From contig JBAZUL010000001.1 in the NCBI GenBank assembly GCA_041661405.1, positions 28,403-92,402 of the forward strand: 64,000 nucleotides of DNA, given 5' to 3'. Shown here piece after piece: positions 16,424 through 26,378 of the stretch. The number at the start of each line of letters is the position of its first letter. Position 1 is the first letter of the stretch. Under the pieces are notes generated by a model, which saw only the letters and a program-made list of their open reading frames with translations, searched no databases and was not told where the DNA came from. This DNA comes from Patescibacteria group bacterium (lineage in GTDB: Bacteria > Patescibacteriota > Patescibacteriia > Patescibacteriales > JBAZCA01). A program made the translations under genes and the position numbers.

Positions 16424-17428
16424 ATGGCGCAAAAACCATTATCCAAGCCAATCATCTTTTCCGGCATCCAGCCTTCGGGCAATCTGCATCTCGGCAATTA
16501 TCTCGGGGCGATTGTCCAATGGGTGGAACTGCAGGATCAATACGACTGCATTTTCTGCGTCGTGGATTATCACGCCATAACCGTTAAGCAGGATCCGAAA
16601 ATCCTGAACGAAAAAATCGTTGAAATCGCGAAAATTTATTTAGCCTCTGGCATTGACCCGAAAAAATCCATTATTTTTCAGCAGTCGGCCCGGCCGGAGC
16701 ATACGGAATTGGCGTGGGTGTTGAATTGCGTGGCTCGTATCTCGGATCTGGATAAAATGACCCAGTTTAAAGATAAGGCCGGAAAAAATCAGGAATCCGT
16801 AAGCGTGGGATTATACGACTATCCGGTTCTAATGGCCGCTGATATTTTACTTTATGACACAGACTTAGTGCCGGTCGGCGAAGACCAGTCCCAGCACGTT
16901 GAACTGGCGCGGACTCTTGGGCGGCGGTTTAATAAGCAATTCGGCGAAACATTCAAAATCCCGGAAGTAAAAATTAAGGAAGAATCGGCCAGGATTATGG
17001 GCTTGGACGACCCGCTGAAAAAGATGAGTAAAAGCGCGGCCAGTGAAATGAATTATATCGCCCTGACTGACGCGCCGGAAAAAGCCGCGAAAAAAATCAT
17101 GCGAGCCGTAACCGATTCAGGTTCGGAAATAAAATACGATAAAGAGAATAAGCCGGCTATCGCCAACTTAATGACCATTTATTCACTTCTCTCAAACACA
17201 TCTTTTAAAGACATTGAAAAAAAATACTCAGGCAAAGGCTATGGGGACTTTAAAAAAGACCTGGCGGAAATCGTAAAAAAATTCCTCGCCGGATTTCAGG
17301 AAAAATACAATTCCATTTCGGATGAGGAAGTAAAAAATATTCTCAGGGCGGGCGCGGAAAAACTGGCGCCGATCGCGGCAAGGAACATGGAAAAAGTGAA
17401 AAAAAATATCGGCGTGCTGTTAAAATAA
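16424..17428 (+). CDS. trpS: Tryptophan--tRNA ligase
   Basis: 334 aa with HIGH-type GNLHLGNYLG and KMSKS. Confidence 0.95.
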   Translation: MAQKPLSKPIIFSGIQPSGNLHLGNYLGAIVQWVELQDQYDCIFCVVDYHAITVKQDPKILNEKIVEIAKIYLASGIDPKKSIIFQQSARPEHTELAWVLNCVARISDLDKMTQFKDKAGKNQESVSVGLYDYPVLMAADILLYDTDLVPVGEDQSQHVELARTLGRRFNKQFGETFKIPEVKIKEESARIMGLDDPLKKMSKSAASEMNYIALTDAPEKAAKKIMRAVTDSGSEIKYDKENKPAIANLMTIYSLLSNTSFKDIEKKYSGKGYGDFKKDLAEIVKKFLAGFQEKYNSISDEEVKNILRAGAEKLAPIAARNMEKVKKNIGVLLK

Positions 17429-17451
17429 TCTTCAAAAATAACCGCTTAAAA

Positions 17452-17490
17452 AATCACCCCGCGCTTATCAGGATGCGGGGTGATTTTTTT
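17452..17490. terminator. Bidirectional rho-independent terminator between trpS and valS
   Basis: ATCACCCCGC-gcttatcaggat-GCGGGGTGAT, flanked by an A run and a T run. Confidence 0.8.
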
Positions 17491-17517
17491 ATCTCATTTT
17501 TCTTAATACCAGGTAAT

Positions 17518-20178
17518 TTATCTTTTATTTTTCAGCTTTTCCAGTTCAGCCTGCCAGCCTGCCAGCTTTTCTTTTTCCTTTTTAACAATTTCCTCCGGCG
17601 CTTTTTCCGTAAATTCCTTATTCCGCAGCCGCGCGCTTAAACCGCTTATCAGTTTTTCCAACTTTTCCACTTCTTTTTTTATCCGCTCTTTTTCCTTTTC
17701 TTCGTCAATCGCGCCGACTAAATAAATTTCAATACTGCCGACCGCGGCATGGATCGCTTTTTCAATTTTTTCTCCGCCCGCTTTTACTTCCAGCTCGCTG
17801 ATTCCGGTCCGAAGCCCTTTTATCAGCGCTTCCTGGGATTTAATCAATTCCAGCATATCCCCTGCGTAAATGATTGCTTTAACTTTTTTTGCCGGTTCTA
17901 CTTTATTTTCCGCCCGCGCGTTTCTTATGGACTTAATAATTTCAATTACCGCGTCAAACCCGTCCGCTTCATATTCTGCCGCGTCTTCCTCCGGCCAAGC
18001 GGTTATCATGAGCGGCTTTTCGGCGCCTGAATTTTTCCAGGCCGCCTCGGTAACGAACGGAATAAACGGATGCCAGAGTTTTAAGAGACCCTTAAGAACA
18101 TAGCTGAGCACATTATTTTTTTCGGAAGTTTTTTCAAACTTGCTTATTTCAAGATACCAGTCGGCGAACTCGCTCCGGGTAAAATCCCTTAACTTTTCGC
18201 CGGCTTGGGAAAACCGGAAATTATCAAGATCCTCGTTAATCTCTTTTACCAAAGCCTGAAATTCTGACAAGATCCATTTGTCAGCCAGAGTAAGATCCGC
18301 GGCCTTAAATTCCGAATCCGCAGCGCCGTCTTTCCGGCTGGCAAATACGAATAATGAAATGTTCCAAAGTTTGGTGATAAAATTCCTCGCGCCGATTATT
18401 TTCTCCTCATAAAATTTTGAATCATTCCCCGGGGAAACGCCTAAAAGCAGGCTTAACCGGAGGGAGTCGGTGCCAAAATCCCTTATAACATCCAAAGGAT
18501 CAATATTATTGCCGGATGATTTTGAAAACTTCCGGCCCTTTTCGTCGCGCAACATGCCATGAATATAAACGTCGCGGAAAGGAATTTCGTCCAGGGCATA
18601 AGTCGTCATTAAAATCATCCGCGCCATCCAGAAAAATAAAATCTCATAGCCCATCTGCATCCAGGCGGTCGGATGGAAGGTCTTCAGGTCATCTTTCATC
18701 TGCGTAGCGCCAGCATTGTCAACGTCGCGAGGCTTGCCCCGCGAAGCTTCAGCGGAGTGGGGCCAGCCGAGAGTGGAAAATGTCCAGAGCGCCGAAGAAT
18801 ACCAGGTATCCAGCGTGTCTTCATCCTGCGTCCAATCTCCGCCTTTTGGCGCTTCAACTCCGCAATAAACTTCGTCGCCTTTGTACCACACGGGTATGCG
18901 ATGCCCCCACCAAATCTGTCTTGAAATACACCAGTCGCGCAAGTTATCAATCCAGTTAAAGTAAATTTTCTCAAAACGCTCAGGCGTGATTGTGATTTTT
19001 TGATTTGGATCGCCCTTATGGCCGATCTTAACCGCTTCCTTCATCAAATCTTTCAGGCTCTTTCCCTTGTCCGGTATTTCTTTATTGACATTAACAAACC
19101 ACTGTTCTTTAATCTGCGGCTCAATCAGTCCGTTACTTCTATCTCCTTTGGCCACCCGATGGATATAATTTTCTTCCGCTTTAACCAGCAGGCTTTTTTC
19201 TTTTAATTTTTCTATTATCTTCGGCCTGGCCTCAAAAATATTCATTCCGGCGAATTCGCCCGCGACCGGCATTAATTTGCCATCGTAATCAATAATTTGC
19301 TCTCCCTTCAAATTGTGCCTTTCCGCGATTTCAAAATCAACCATGTCGTGCCATGGCGTTATTGTCATGACTCCGGTTCCGAACTCCGGATCAATAACGC
19401 TATCCTTAATTATTGTTGCTTTTACCTTTCCATTAATCCATTCGCATTCAAATTTATCGCCATGCTTATATTGCGCGTACCGCTTATCATCCGGATGCAT
19501 GACAACATATTTATCGCCGAATTTAGTTTCCGGGCGGGCTGTAGCAATAATAAACGGCCCGTATTTAAGATAATAAAATGAAGCTTTTTCTTCTTGCCAG
19601 ACTATCTCGTCATCCGAGATCGTAGTTTGCAGGGTTGCGTCCCAATTGACAATCCTTTTCCCCCGGTAAATCAAACCGTCGTCGTGCATTTTTTTAAAAA
19701 CCGTATTAACGGCCAGGTTGCGTTTGTCGTCAAAAGTGTAAGTAAGCCGCGACCAGTCGCAGGAGGTTCCCATTTTTCGGATCTGGGAAAGGATGGTGGC
19801 TTTAGATTCTTCGGCGTATTTTTTTACTTCCTTTAACAGCCCCTCGCGCCCGAGCTCTTTTCTCGGATTTTTCACTCCCTTTTCCATTAACAGTTTTTCC
19901 ACCTTGGCCTGCGTGGCTACGGCCGCGTGATCGGTTCCGGGCAAAAGCAAAACTTTTTTCCCGCGCATCCGCTGATAGCGGGCCATGACATCCATTAATG
20001 AATTTTCCAGGGCATGGCCTAAATGCAAAACTCCGGTAACATTCGGCGGCGGCATCATTATAGAGTAAGGCTCACCTTCAATATTATCCGGATTAAAAAA
20101 ACCCGACTGTTCCCATTTTTCGTAAATTTTATCTTCATGCTCGGCCGGGTTGTAATTTTTCGGCGATTCTTTTTTCAT
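17518..20178 (-). CDS. valS: Valine--tRNA ligase
   Basis: 886 aa. PPPNVTGVLHLGHAL, KFSKSSGN and a C-terminal coiled coil. Confidence 0.97.
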   Translation of the reverse strand: MKKESPKNYNPAEHEDKIYEKWEQSGFFNPDNIEGEPYSIMMPPPNVTGVLHLGHALENSLMDVMARYQRMRGKKVLLLPGTDHAAVATQAKVEKLLMEKGVKNPRKELGREGLLKEVKKYAEESKATILSQIRKMGTSCDWSRLTYTFDDKRNLAVNTVFKKMHDDGLIYRGKRIVNWDATLQTTISDDEIVWQEEKASFYYLKYGPFIIATARPETKFGDKYVVMHPDDKRYAQYKHGDKFECEWINGKVKATIIKDSVIDPEFGTGVMTITPWHDMVDFEIAERHNLKGEQIIDYDGKLMPVAGEFAGMNIFEARPKIIEKLKEKSLLVKAEENYIHRVAKGDRSNGLIEPQIKEQWFVNVNKEIPDKGKSLKDLMKEAVKIGHKGDPNQKITITPERFEKIYFNWIDNLRDWCISRQIWWGHRIPVWYKGDEVYCGVEAPKGGDWTQDEDTLDTWYSSALWTFSTLGWPHSAEASRGKPRDVDNAGATQMKDDLKTFHPTAWMQMGYEILFFWMARMILMTTYALDEIPFRDVYIHGMLRDEKGRKFSKSSGNNIDPLDVIRDFGTDSLRLSLLLGVSPGNDSKFYEEKIIGARNFITKLWNISLFVFASRKDGAADSEFKAADLTLADKWILSEFQALVKEINEDLDNFRFSQAGEKLRDFTRSEFADWYLEISKFEKTSEKNNVLSYVLKGLLKLWHPFIPFVTEAAWKNSGAEKPLMITAWPEEDAAEYEADGFDAVIEIIKSIRNARAENKVEPAKKVKAIIYAGDMLELIKSQEALIKGLRTGISELEVKAGGEKIEKAIHAAVGSIEIYLVGAIDEEKEKERIKKEVEKLEKLISGLSARLRNKEFTEKAPEEIVKKEKEKLAGWQAELEKLKNKR

Positions 20179-20339
20179 ATTAGGGATCTAATGCTAACTA
20201 ATTATTTCGCTTAGATTTGCAAGGTTAGTCCGTTTGATTATATAATAGAGTTAAACGGACTAGTATTCCCATTCTATTTAATTCTAGCCAAATAGTCAAT
20301 TTATTTCCTAAATTCTAACTTAAAATAAAGCCAATAATT

Positions 20340-20690
20340 ATGCAGGTAAAAAGATTCCACAACATCTTTGACATGGAAAATTGCGGCAAAAAAATAGGTG
20401 ACCGCGCAATTGTCCGGGAGTTCATTGAAAAACTCGCGGAAGAAATAGACATGAACATCCTTGAAGGTCCGATCATTGCCGAAGGGTTGCCGCATTCTCC
20501 GGGTTTTAGCGTCCTTGCTATCATTGATTTTTCCCATATTTCCATCCATACCTTTACCCGGCAAAAAGAAGCCTTGATTGATGTTTTTTCCTGCAAGGAA
20601 TACGACAAGGAAAAAGTCCATGGCTTATGCAAAAAATATTTTGGCACTAAAAATACAAAAATCCGCGCCCGAGAAGTTTGGTGGGGGTAG
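20340..20690 (+). CDS. S-adenosylmethionine decarboxylase-related protein (SpeH/SpeD small type)
   Basis: 116 aa. AIIDFSHISIHTFTRQKEALIDVFSCKE aligns with the ESHxxxHTWPE...DxFTCG core of pyruvoyl AdoMetDC, but the cleavage dipeptide reads FS rather than ES. Confidence 0.6.
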   Translation: MQVKRFHNIFDMENCGKKIGDRAIVREFIEKLAEEIDMNILEGPIIAEGLPHSPGFSVLAIIDFSHISIHTFTRQKEALIDVFSCKEYDKEKVHGLCKKYFGTKNTKIRAREVWWG

Positions 20691-20775
20691 CCCGTAAAGA
20701 CCGGCGGCCGAAATTTTATAGGATAAAACAACTCACAAAAATCAGCGCTCAGCCTATTTTGTCTGAGGCGCGAAA

Positions 20776-20806
20776 AAACGGCTTTACCGGCCGTTTTTTT
20801 TCGTTT
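20776..20806. terminator. Terminator-like hairpin between the AdoMetDC-like gene and pyrH
   Basis: AAAACGGC-tttaccg-GCCGTTTT with a long T run. Confidence 0.55.
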
Positions 20807-20819
20807 TTTCACTCTTAAA

Positions 20820-21527
20820 CTACCTGATAATCGTCCCGATGCATTTCTTCCCGGCGAGGCAGTCTTTTAAATTAGCGAGGTTTTTGCCGTTCATGATTAT
20901 TATTTCCATACCGAGCTTATGGGCTTCGCGGGACGCGATCGGATCAAAGGGGGCATTGAGGCCCGGATCCCATTTGTCGCCGACTATTTTCCGGAAATCA
21001 CTCCAGGAAATATTTTCAATCTTTTTCGCGCCCCTGAATTTTTTTGGATCTTTGTCGTAAACGTGGGAAATATTGGAAAGGTTGATGATGGTTTTCGCCC
21101 CGAGCCTTCTCGCGAGAACCACCGCGTCGTGGTCGGTTGAAAATCCCGGACGCCAGCCGGCGGCGACCATGAGTCCTTCGCCTTTTTTAAAATGCTTGCT
21201 TAAATCTTCTTTGGTATTGGGATTTTTATTGATCCGCGGATGGGCGTAATCCCGGAAAATCGTTTTTATGAGATGGGCGTTTAAGCGGGTGGTGTGGATG
21301 CCGAGCCAGTCCCGGTCGTCGTTCGTTAATTTCGTCACCTTGCTCGCCGCCTGCTGATAATCCCGGCAGGTTTTTCCTCCGCCGGTGACGATTATGAAGC
21401 GGTCACCGTCTTTTACCCGCTCAATTATCAATTGCCGGAATTTTTTTAAAAATTTCCAGTCAATGCCGCCCGCGGGGACGATTAGCGATCCGCCCAAAGA
21501 AATCACGTAAGTTTTTTGTTCTATCAT
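20820..21527 (-). CDS. pyrH: UMP kinase, archaeal-type (amino acid kinase fold)
   Basis: 235 aa. YVISLGGSLIVP ... IIVTGGGKTCRDY ... STDHDAVVLARRLGA ... VYDKDPKK resembles archaeal PyrH. Confidence 0.7.
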   Translation of the reverse strand: MIEQKTYVISLGGSLIVPAGGIDWKFLKKFRQLIIERVKDGDRFIIVTGGGKTCRDYQQAASKVTKLTNDDRDWLGIHTTRLNAHLIKTIFRDYAHPRINKNPNTKEDLSKHFKKGEGLMVAAGWRPGFSTDHDAVVLARRLGAKTIINLSNISHVYDKDPKKFRGAKKIENISWSDFRKIVGDKWDPGLNAPFDPIASREAHKLGMEIIIMNGKNLANLKDCLAGKKCIGTIIR

Positions 21528-21612
21528 AATAAATTGTTAACCGGCTTAATAACTCAACTGGCTCTTAAGCCAGTATAACAAAACTATAATTATATGCAAA
21601 ATTGCGTAATAA

Positions 21613-22329
21613 TCAGCCGACTATCAGGTAATGATTGAATTTATCTTTATAATTTTTTTTAACTTCCAGTCCGGCTTTACGGGCTATTTTTTTTAATTCG
21701 CGCCTGGTAAAGGCGTGGTAATAGCGGAGGCTCATAAGATTCCGGCCTTTCCAGGAAAAGAGTATGTCTCCAAAATCGTATTCATACCGGCCGATCAATT
21801 TTAGTAAAATACTTTTTATTAGCTCTAGGTAAAATCTTTTTTGCCTCCAGATGTTCCAGTTGGTGATAAATATCTTTCCTCCTGGCTTAAGGTAATTTTT
21901 GGCTTGGCGCAAAAATTCGATTCGGAGCTTCAAGCCCGGGATATGGTGCAATACCGCCACCAAGAAAATATAATCAAACTTCCGGCCCGCGATTTCTTTA
22001 ATTTTATTGAGTACCAATATGTCGCCGACGATAAATTTAACATCCCGTTTTTCCTGGTTATAGTTTTCCCGCGCGTGATTGATGATTCCCGCTGAATTAT
22101 CAATACCAACATAACTTATTTTTTTTTCATCCATTGCATTCAAAAGCCGGCCGTTGCCGCAGCCTAAATCCAGCACCGCCGATCCGTCTTTTACAGTTTG
22201 GGTGAATTTAACCATTTCACCCCAAAGCGGCTGCCAGTTTTTCATCCGGGTTTGGTGGAACTCTTCGACAATTTCTTCGTAATTGCGTTTTACTATAGCG
22301 AGTAATTTTTCCTGAGAATTTTTCTTCAT
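21613..22329 (-). CDS. Trm9-like class I SAM-dependent methyltransferase
   Basis: 238 aa. NYEEIVEEFHQTRMKNWQPLW, LDLGCGNGR, FDYIFLVAVLHHIP, LKPGGKIFITNWN and RYYHAFTRRELKKIARKAG parallel yeast Trm9 motifs recalled from memory. Confidence 0.65.
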   Translation of the reverse strand: MKKNSQEKLLAIVKRNYEEIVEEFHQTRMKNWQPLWGEMVKFTQTVKDGSAVLDLGCGNGRLLNAMDEKKISYVGIDNSAGIINHARENYNQEKRDVKFIVGDILVLNKIKEIAGRKFDYIFLVAVLHHIPGLKLRIEFLRQAKNYLKPGGKIFITNWNIWRQKRFYLELIKSILLKLIGRYEYDFGDILFSWKGRNLMSLRYYHAFTRRELKKIARKAGLEVKKNYKDKFNHYLIVG

Positions 22330-22365
22330 TGAAGTATTAATATATTATTTTTTCCACGTTCCACG

Positions 22366-24474
22366 TTACTCATTACGCGCTTTCTTATGTTTGGCAACGC
22401 AAAACCTGATTTCGCCATAACTAATATCATCACCGACCAACTCTTTTATCGGCTTAAGTTTCTCGCCGCCAACGAGCTTTAAGGCCGCTAAAATTTTCTT
22501 TTCCGACTTTTCCGGAAGCCATTCGCTCACATCTTGAATCAACCCCCTTTCGTAGAGATAGCAAATATGATTTTCAATTGTCTCGGGCTTTAGCTCCCTT
22601 TCTTCGGCAATCTCTTCCAGGCTTTTTCCTTCTTTATACAATTCATAAGTAACGAGCTGGGTAAGTTTGGTTTCCAATTTTACGGACAGCTCGCTTCTTT
22701 CTTTACGGCCATATCCGGCTCCGGCGGTTTCCAATTCTCTTTTTGGCGCAATATTTTTTCTCGCGTAACCGGAACCGACCAGGCAATTATCACATTTGCC
22801 GCAGGCTCCGGGTTCTTCTTCGCCAAAGTAATCAAGAATATATTTTTGCCGGCAGTCAAAATGGTAAACATAATTTTCCATGGCTTCCAATTTTTCATAA
22901 GCCCGCTTGAGTTTTTCTTTGATCGCGCTAAAATCCAGCTTTACATCTTCCTTATTAACCCTTTTCAGGATGCGAATCTCCGTGCCTTTAAAAGGCGGAC
23001 GATATTCTAAGAAGCCGTCTTCGGCCGATTTGCGCAGGGCCCGGTTAAGGCTGTCTTTTTTTAGGCCTAAGGCCCCGGCCGCTTCTTCGGCGTTAAAATC
23101 CAGACCCTCGTTTATTTTTCGGCCATAATAGTCAAAAAGTTTTTCCATGGTTTCAATCCGTCTCGCTGACCGCGCCGATACGAGATTGGCCATCTTCCGC
23201 GTATCATCAAGAAACTTTAAATAGGCATTGCCGCTTTTTTCCCGCGCCCGGGTGAGATAACCTTCCCGTTCCAATATTTTCAAGGCTGTGCCGATAGCCA
23301 TATCCGGGGCGTCTAAGCCGGCGAGCATTTCCTTTAAGGACGAATAAGTAACGAGTATTGGATCAGTGTCCATGGAACATAATATTTCGTATAAATCCAG
23401 AGTCATCTCCGGCGAAGGATTGTCGCCTTTAATAAAAAACTCCCTTAAATAGCGGTCGCGGGGCGAGTAAAGAAGGAGACATAAAGCCGGTTTGCCGTCA
23501 CGTCCGGCCCGGCCGGCTTCCTGATAATAGGCTTCAATCGTGCCGGGCATGTCATGGTGGATGACAAAACGGATGTCTTTTTTATCAATCCCCAGGCCGA
23601 AAGCGTTGGTCGCGACTATTACTCTCGCCTTGCCGGACATGAAGTCGTCCTGCACCCATTTCCGCTCTTCAGCTTCCATGCCGGCGTGATAGCCGGCCGC
23701 CTCTATGCCCTGATTTAAAAGTTCGGTTAAAATTTCGTCAGCTTTAGCCCGGGTGCCGGCGTAAACTATGCCCCCGCCTTCGTTCATGGAATTAATGGTA
23801 TTGGCGATAATCTGAATTTTCACGGCCGAATTCGCCTGAATGGCGCCGAACTGGAGGCCGGGGCGGCTAAAGCCGGTAATGACCGAAACCGGATTTTCCA
23901 TTTTCAGCTGCTTTTTTATGTCTTCGCGGACTTCAGGCGTGGCCGTAGCTGTTAAGGCGATTACCGGCGGTCGGCCGACAGCGGAAATGGCTGACCAGAG
24001 TTTCATGTAGCTTGGCCGGAAATCATGCCCCCATTCGCTGATGCAATGGGCTTCATCAATGGCAAAAAGGCTCACTTTCAGTTCTTTTAAAGCGGCCATA
24101 AATTCGGCGTTGTAAAACCGCTCCGGCGCGATATAGAGAAGTTTTACGATTCCGGTTCGCGCATCATTTAAGTTTCTTAAAATTTCTTCCGGTGTCAGGG
24201 AGCTGTTAATAAAGGCCGCCGGAATATTTCTTCTTTGTAATCCGTCCACCTGATCTTTCATCAAAGCAATTAACGGAGAAATAACGATGGTTAAGCCGTC
24301 CATGATAAGAGCCGGCAGTTGGTAGCACAAGGATTTTCCACCGCCGGTCGGCATGATCACGAGCGCGTCTTTTCCTTCCAGGGCGGCGCTAATCGCCCGT
24401 TCCTGCCCGGGCCGAAAATGGTCGTAATTAAAATATGTTTTTAACGCTTCGCTGATTTTATTATTTTCCGGCAT
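22366..24474 (-). CDS. recQ: ATP-dependent DNA helicase RecQ
   Basis: 702 aa with helicase motifs PTGGGKSLCYQLPA, DEAHCISEWGHDFRP and QEAGRAGRDG. It has the Zn-binding CGKCDNC and C-terminal winged-helix/HTH-like extensions. Confidence 0.93.
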   Translation of the reverse strand: MPENNKISEALKTYFNYDHFRPGQERAISAALEGKDALVIMPTGGGKSLCYQLPALIMDGLTIVISPLIALMKDQVDGLQRRNIPAAFINSSLTPEEILRNLNDARTGIVKLLYIAPERFYNAEFMAALKELKVSLFAIDEAHCISEWGHDFRPSYMKLWSAISAVGRPPVIALTATATPEVREDIKKQLKMENPVSVITGFSRPGLQFGAIQANSAVKIQIIANTINSMNEGGGIVYAGTRAKADEILTELLNQGIEAAGYHAGMEAEERKWVQDDFMSGKARVIVATNAFGLGIDKKDIRFVIHHDMPGTIEAYYQEAGRAGRDGKPALCLLLYSPRDRYLREFFIKGDNPSPEMTLDLYEILCSMDTDPILVTYSSLKEMLAGLDAPDMAIGTALKILEREGYLTRAREKSGNAYLKFLDDTRKMANLVSARSARRIETMEKLFDYYGRKINEGLDFNAEEAAGALGLKKDSLNRALRKSAEDGFLEYRPPFKGTEIRILKRVNKEDVKLDFSAIKEKLKRAYEKLEAMENYVYHFDCRQKYILDYFGEEEPGACGKCDNCLVGSGYARKNIAPKRELETAGAGYGRKERSELSVKLETKLTQLVTYELYKEGKSLEEIAEERELKPETIENHICYLYERGLIQDVSEWLPEKSEKKILAALKLVGGEKLKPIKELVGDDISYGEIRFCVAKHKKARNE

Positions 24475-24584
24475 GGAGATTCTGTAATTCGCGATTTTTT
24501 TAAAGCTATTCTTACATTACCAGCAATAAATTTTTCCGTCAAAAAAACCGCCCATAAGCGGACAGCTGAATAAAAAAATGGAAT

Positions 24585-25415
24585 TTATGTATTTTTTGGA
24601 GACCTGTTTTTTAAATATTTTTTTAAATCGTCTATCATGGATCCCTCTGCATACTCATGACTAAAAAGATTTGCCCGCTCACTAAGGCTTTTAATATCCA
24701 GATATCCTTTCCATTTTTCTCTATAATTCCTGTCGCCATTCAAATATGGATTTAATAATCCATCGGCGGTTATTAGACATAATGAATATACTAGCTTAAC
24801 CCTGTTCCAATCAAACAAGTTCGAATCTGTTAAGTTCTTTTCTAGCGGGATATTATCAAAATCTCCGACAATCACATAAAGAGTTTTTTTATCTTCATTA
24901 TAACCATAAAAGTAGCTATCTGGATTTGGAATACTGATTCGGGATTCGGAAGATCTTTTCAGTATTTCAAAGCAATTCTCATAGAAATCGTCAATGTTGG
25001 ATATTTCGATTATTGGATTGTTTTTTAATTTTACTGAGTCTACACTATTATTCGCGGTACCGAAAAAAAGTTCACCCTTCTTAAGGCCGCCCAAAGACAT
25101 AAAAATTTCATAGGGATTCTTTTTATTTATCCGATAAGTAGAAAACGTCGGCACCATAGCCGCTTTCAACATCAGAAATTTCTCTAAGGATTCCCTGGCG
25201 TATTTTGATCCCGCTTCTCCTTTCCTGGAAAAATCTTTTATCGCCAGCCATAATTCCCGACCTGCCAAATCTATCAGCGCTTCATAGATATCGCCATAAT
25301 CACCTAAACCGATAAGATTTTTTTCAAGCACTTTTATTTCGCTCGGCCTTCCTGAATCTTCAAAATCCTTCGCCAATATCGCTCTTTCATGCAATAATCT
25401 TTCGCTTTCTTGCAT
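24585..25415 (-). CDS. Hypothetical protein with weak protein-kinase-like motifs
   Basis: 276 aa, AT-rich. LIGLGDYGDIYEA...LAIKDF resembles the GxGxxG...AxK ATP-binding pattern, and VIVGDFDN resembles a DFG-like motif. No clear HRD catalytic loop. Confidence 0.4.
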   Translation of the reverse strand: MQESERLLHERAILAKDFEDSGRPSEIKVLEKNLIGLGDYGDIYEALIDLAGRELWLAIKDFSRKGEAGSKYARESLEKFLMLKAAMVPTFSTYRINKKNPYEIFMSLGGLKKGELFFGTANNSVDSVKLKNNPIIEISNIDDFYENCFEILKRSSESRISIPNPDSYFYGYNEDKKTLYVIVGDFDNIPLEKNLTDSNLFDWNRVKLVYSLCLITADGLLNPYLNGDRNYREKWKGYLDIKSLSERANLFSHEYAEGSMIDDLKKYLKNRSPKNT

Positions 25416-25420
25416 ACGAT

Positions 25421-26284
25421 TTACACAACTTTCTGGCTCATATTTTGTCTCCTCTTGTAAAGCTCCAGCGTATTTCTCAAAGTTATCGCCACAGTCATCG
25501 GCCCGACGCCACCGGGAACGGGCGTTATATAGCCGTCCAAATCTTTTACGTTTTCAAAATCCACGTCCCCGTAAGTTGAGCCCTGATCTCTCGTAATCCC
25601 GACGTCAATAACGATCGCGCCGTTTTTTACCATGTTTTTCTTTATGAATTTCGGCCGGCCGATAACCGGGATTAAAATATCAGCCTTCGCGGTTTTCGCC
25701 GCCAGCTCCGGATCATCCGGGTGCGCCTTTTCCGCTTCTGCTCCGCGCAAAGAAAAAACCTTGGCCAGATTGCCGCCGAAAATTTCCGATTTTGACACTA
25801 TAACAACTTTTCTGCCGCGGACATCGCAATCAAGGCTCTTTAGCATTTCAAAAATAACGCCGTAAACCGGCGGCAGGATAATTTTTGCATCAGCCCCGGC
25901 AATTATCCCGGCGATATTGTCCGGATGAAAGCAGTCAACGTCCTTTTTCGGATCAATCCGGCCGACCACTTCGTCGGTATCGTAACCCATGCCTTTTGGC
26001 AAAGGCAGTTGGACTAAAATCGCGTCAATTGTTTCGTCCTTGTTTAAAAAATCAATAGTCTTTAAAAGCTCGGTCTGGCCGGTATTAGCCGGACATTTAT
26101 ATAAATGAGTATCCACCCCGACCTTTTTTCCGGCTTCAAGTTTTTTCCGGACATAAAGATCCGAGTCCGGATTATCGCCGACTAAAACTACCGCCAGATT
26201 CGGGTGATGACCGAGGCGCAGAACCTCGGCCACGGTATAGTCATTAACCTTTTCCGCCAATTTTTTTCCGTCAATTAGTTTCAT
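25421..26284 (-). CDS. folD: Bifunctional methylenetetrahydrofolate dehydrogenase/cyclohydrolase
   Basis: 287 aa. YVRKKLEAGKKVG, LVQLPLP and TPVPGGVGPMT motifs. Confidence 0.95.
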   Translation of the reverse strand: MKLIDGKKLAEKVNDYTVAEVLRLGHHPNLAVVLVGDNPDSDLYVRKKLEAGKKVGVDTHLYKCPANTGQTELLKTIDFLNKDETIDAILVQLPLPKGMGYDTDEVVGRIDPKKDVDCFHPDNIAGIIAGADAKIILPPVYGVIFEMLKSLDCDVRGRKVVIVSKSEIFGGNLAKVFSLRGAEAEKAHPDDPELAAKTAKADILIPVIGRPKFIKKNMVKNGAIVIDVGITRDQGSTYGDVDFENVKDLDGYITPVPGGVGPMTVAITLRNTLELYKRRQNMSQKVV

Positions 26285-26326
26285 TTACTCTTAATTTAGC
26301 CATTTATGTATAAATTAAACGTTAAG

Positions 26327-26377
26327 CTCCCCCCGCCCGCGACGGTCAGGGGCGGGAGAGGGGTTGGGGGTGAGGGT
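26327..26377 (+). repeat. GC palindrome + GGGGTGAGG element (type 3), intergenic copy between folD and glyA
   Basis: CCCCGCCCgcgacggtcaGGGGCGGG, then AGAGGGGTTGGGGGTGAGGGTC. Confidence 0.65.
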
Positions 26378-26378
26378 C

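Noticed and set aside
20301-20812. Minus-strand ORFs (106 and 165 aa) opposite the AdoMetDC-like gene
   Set aside because: They have no motifs and are low-complexity. The plus-strand ORF has clear family motifs.
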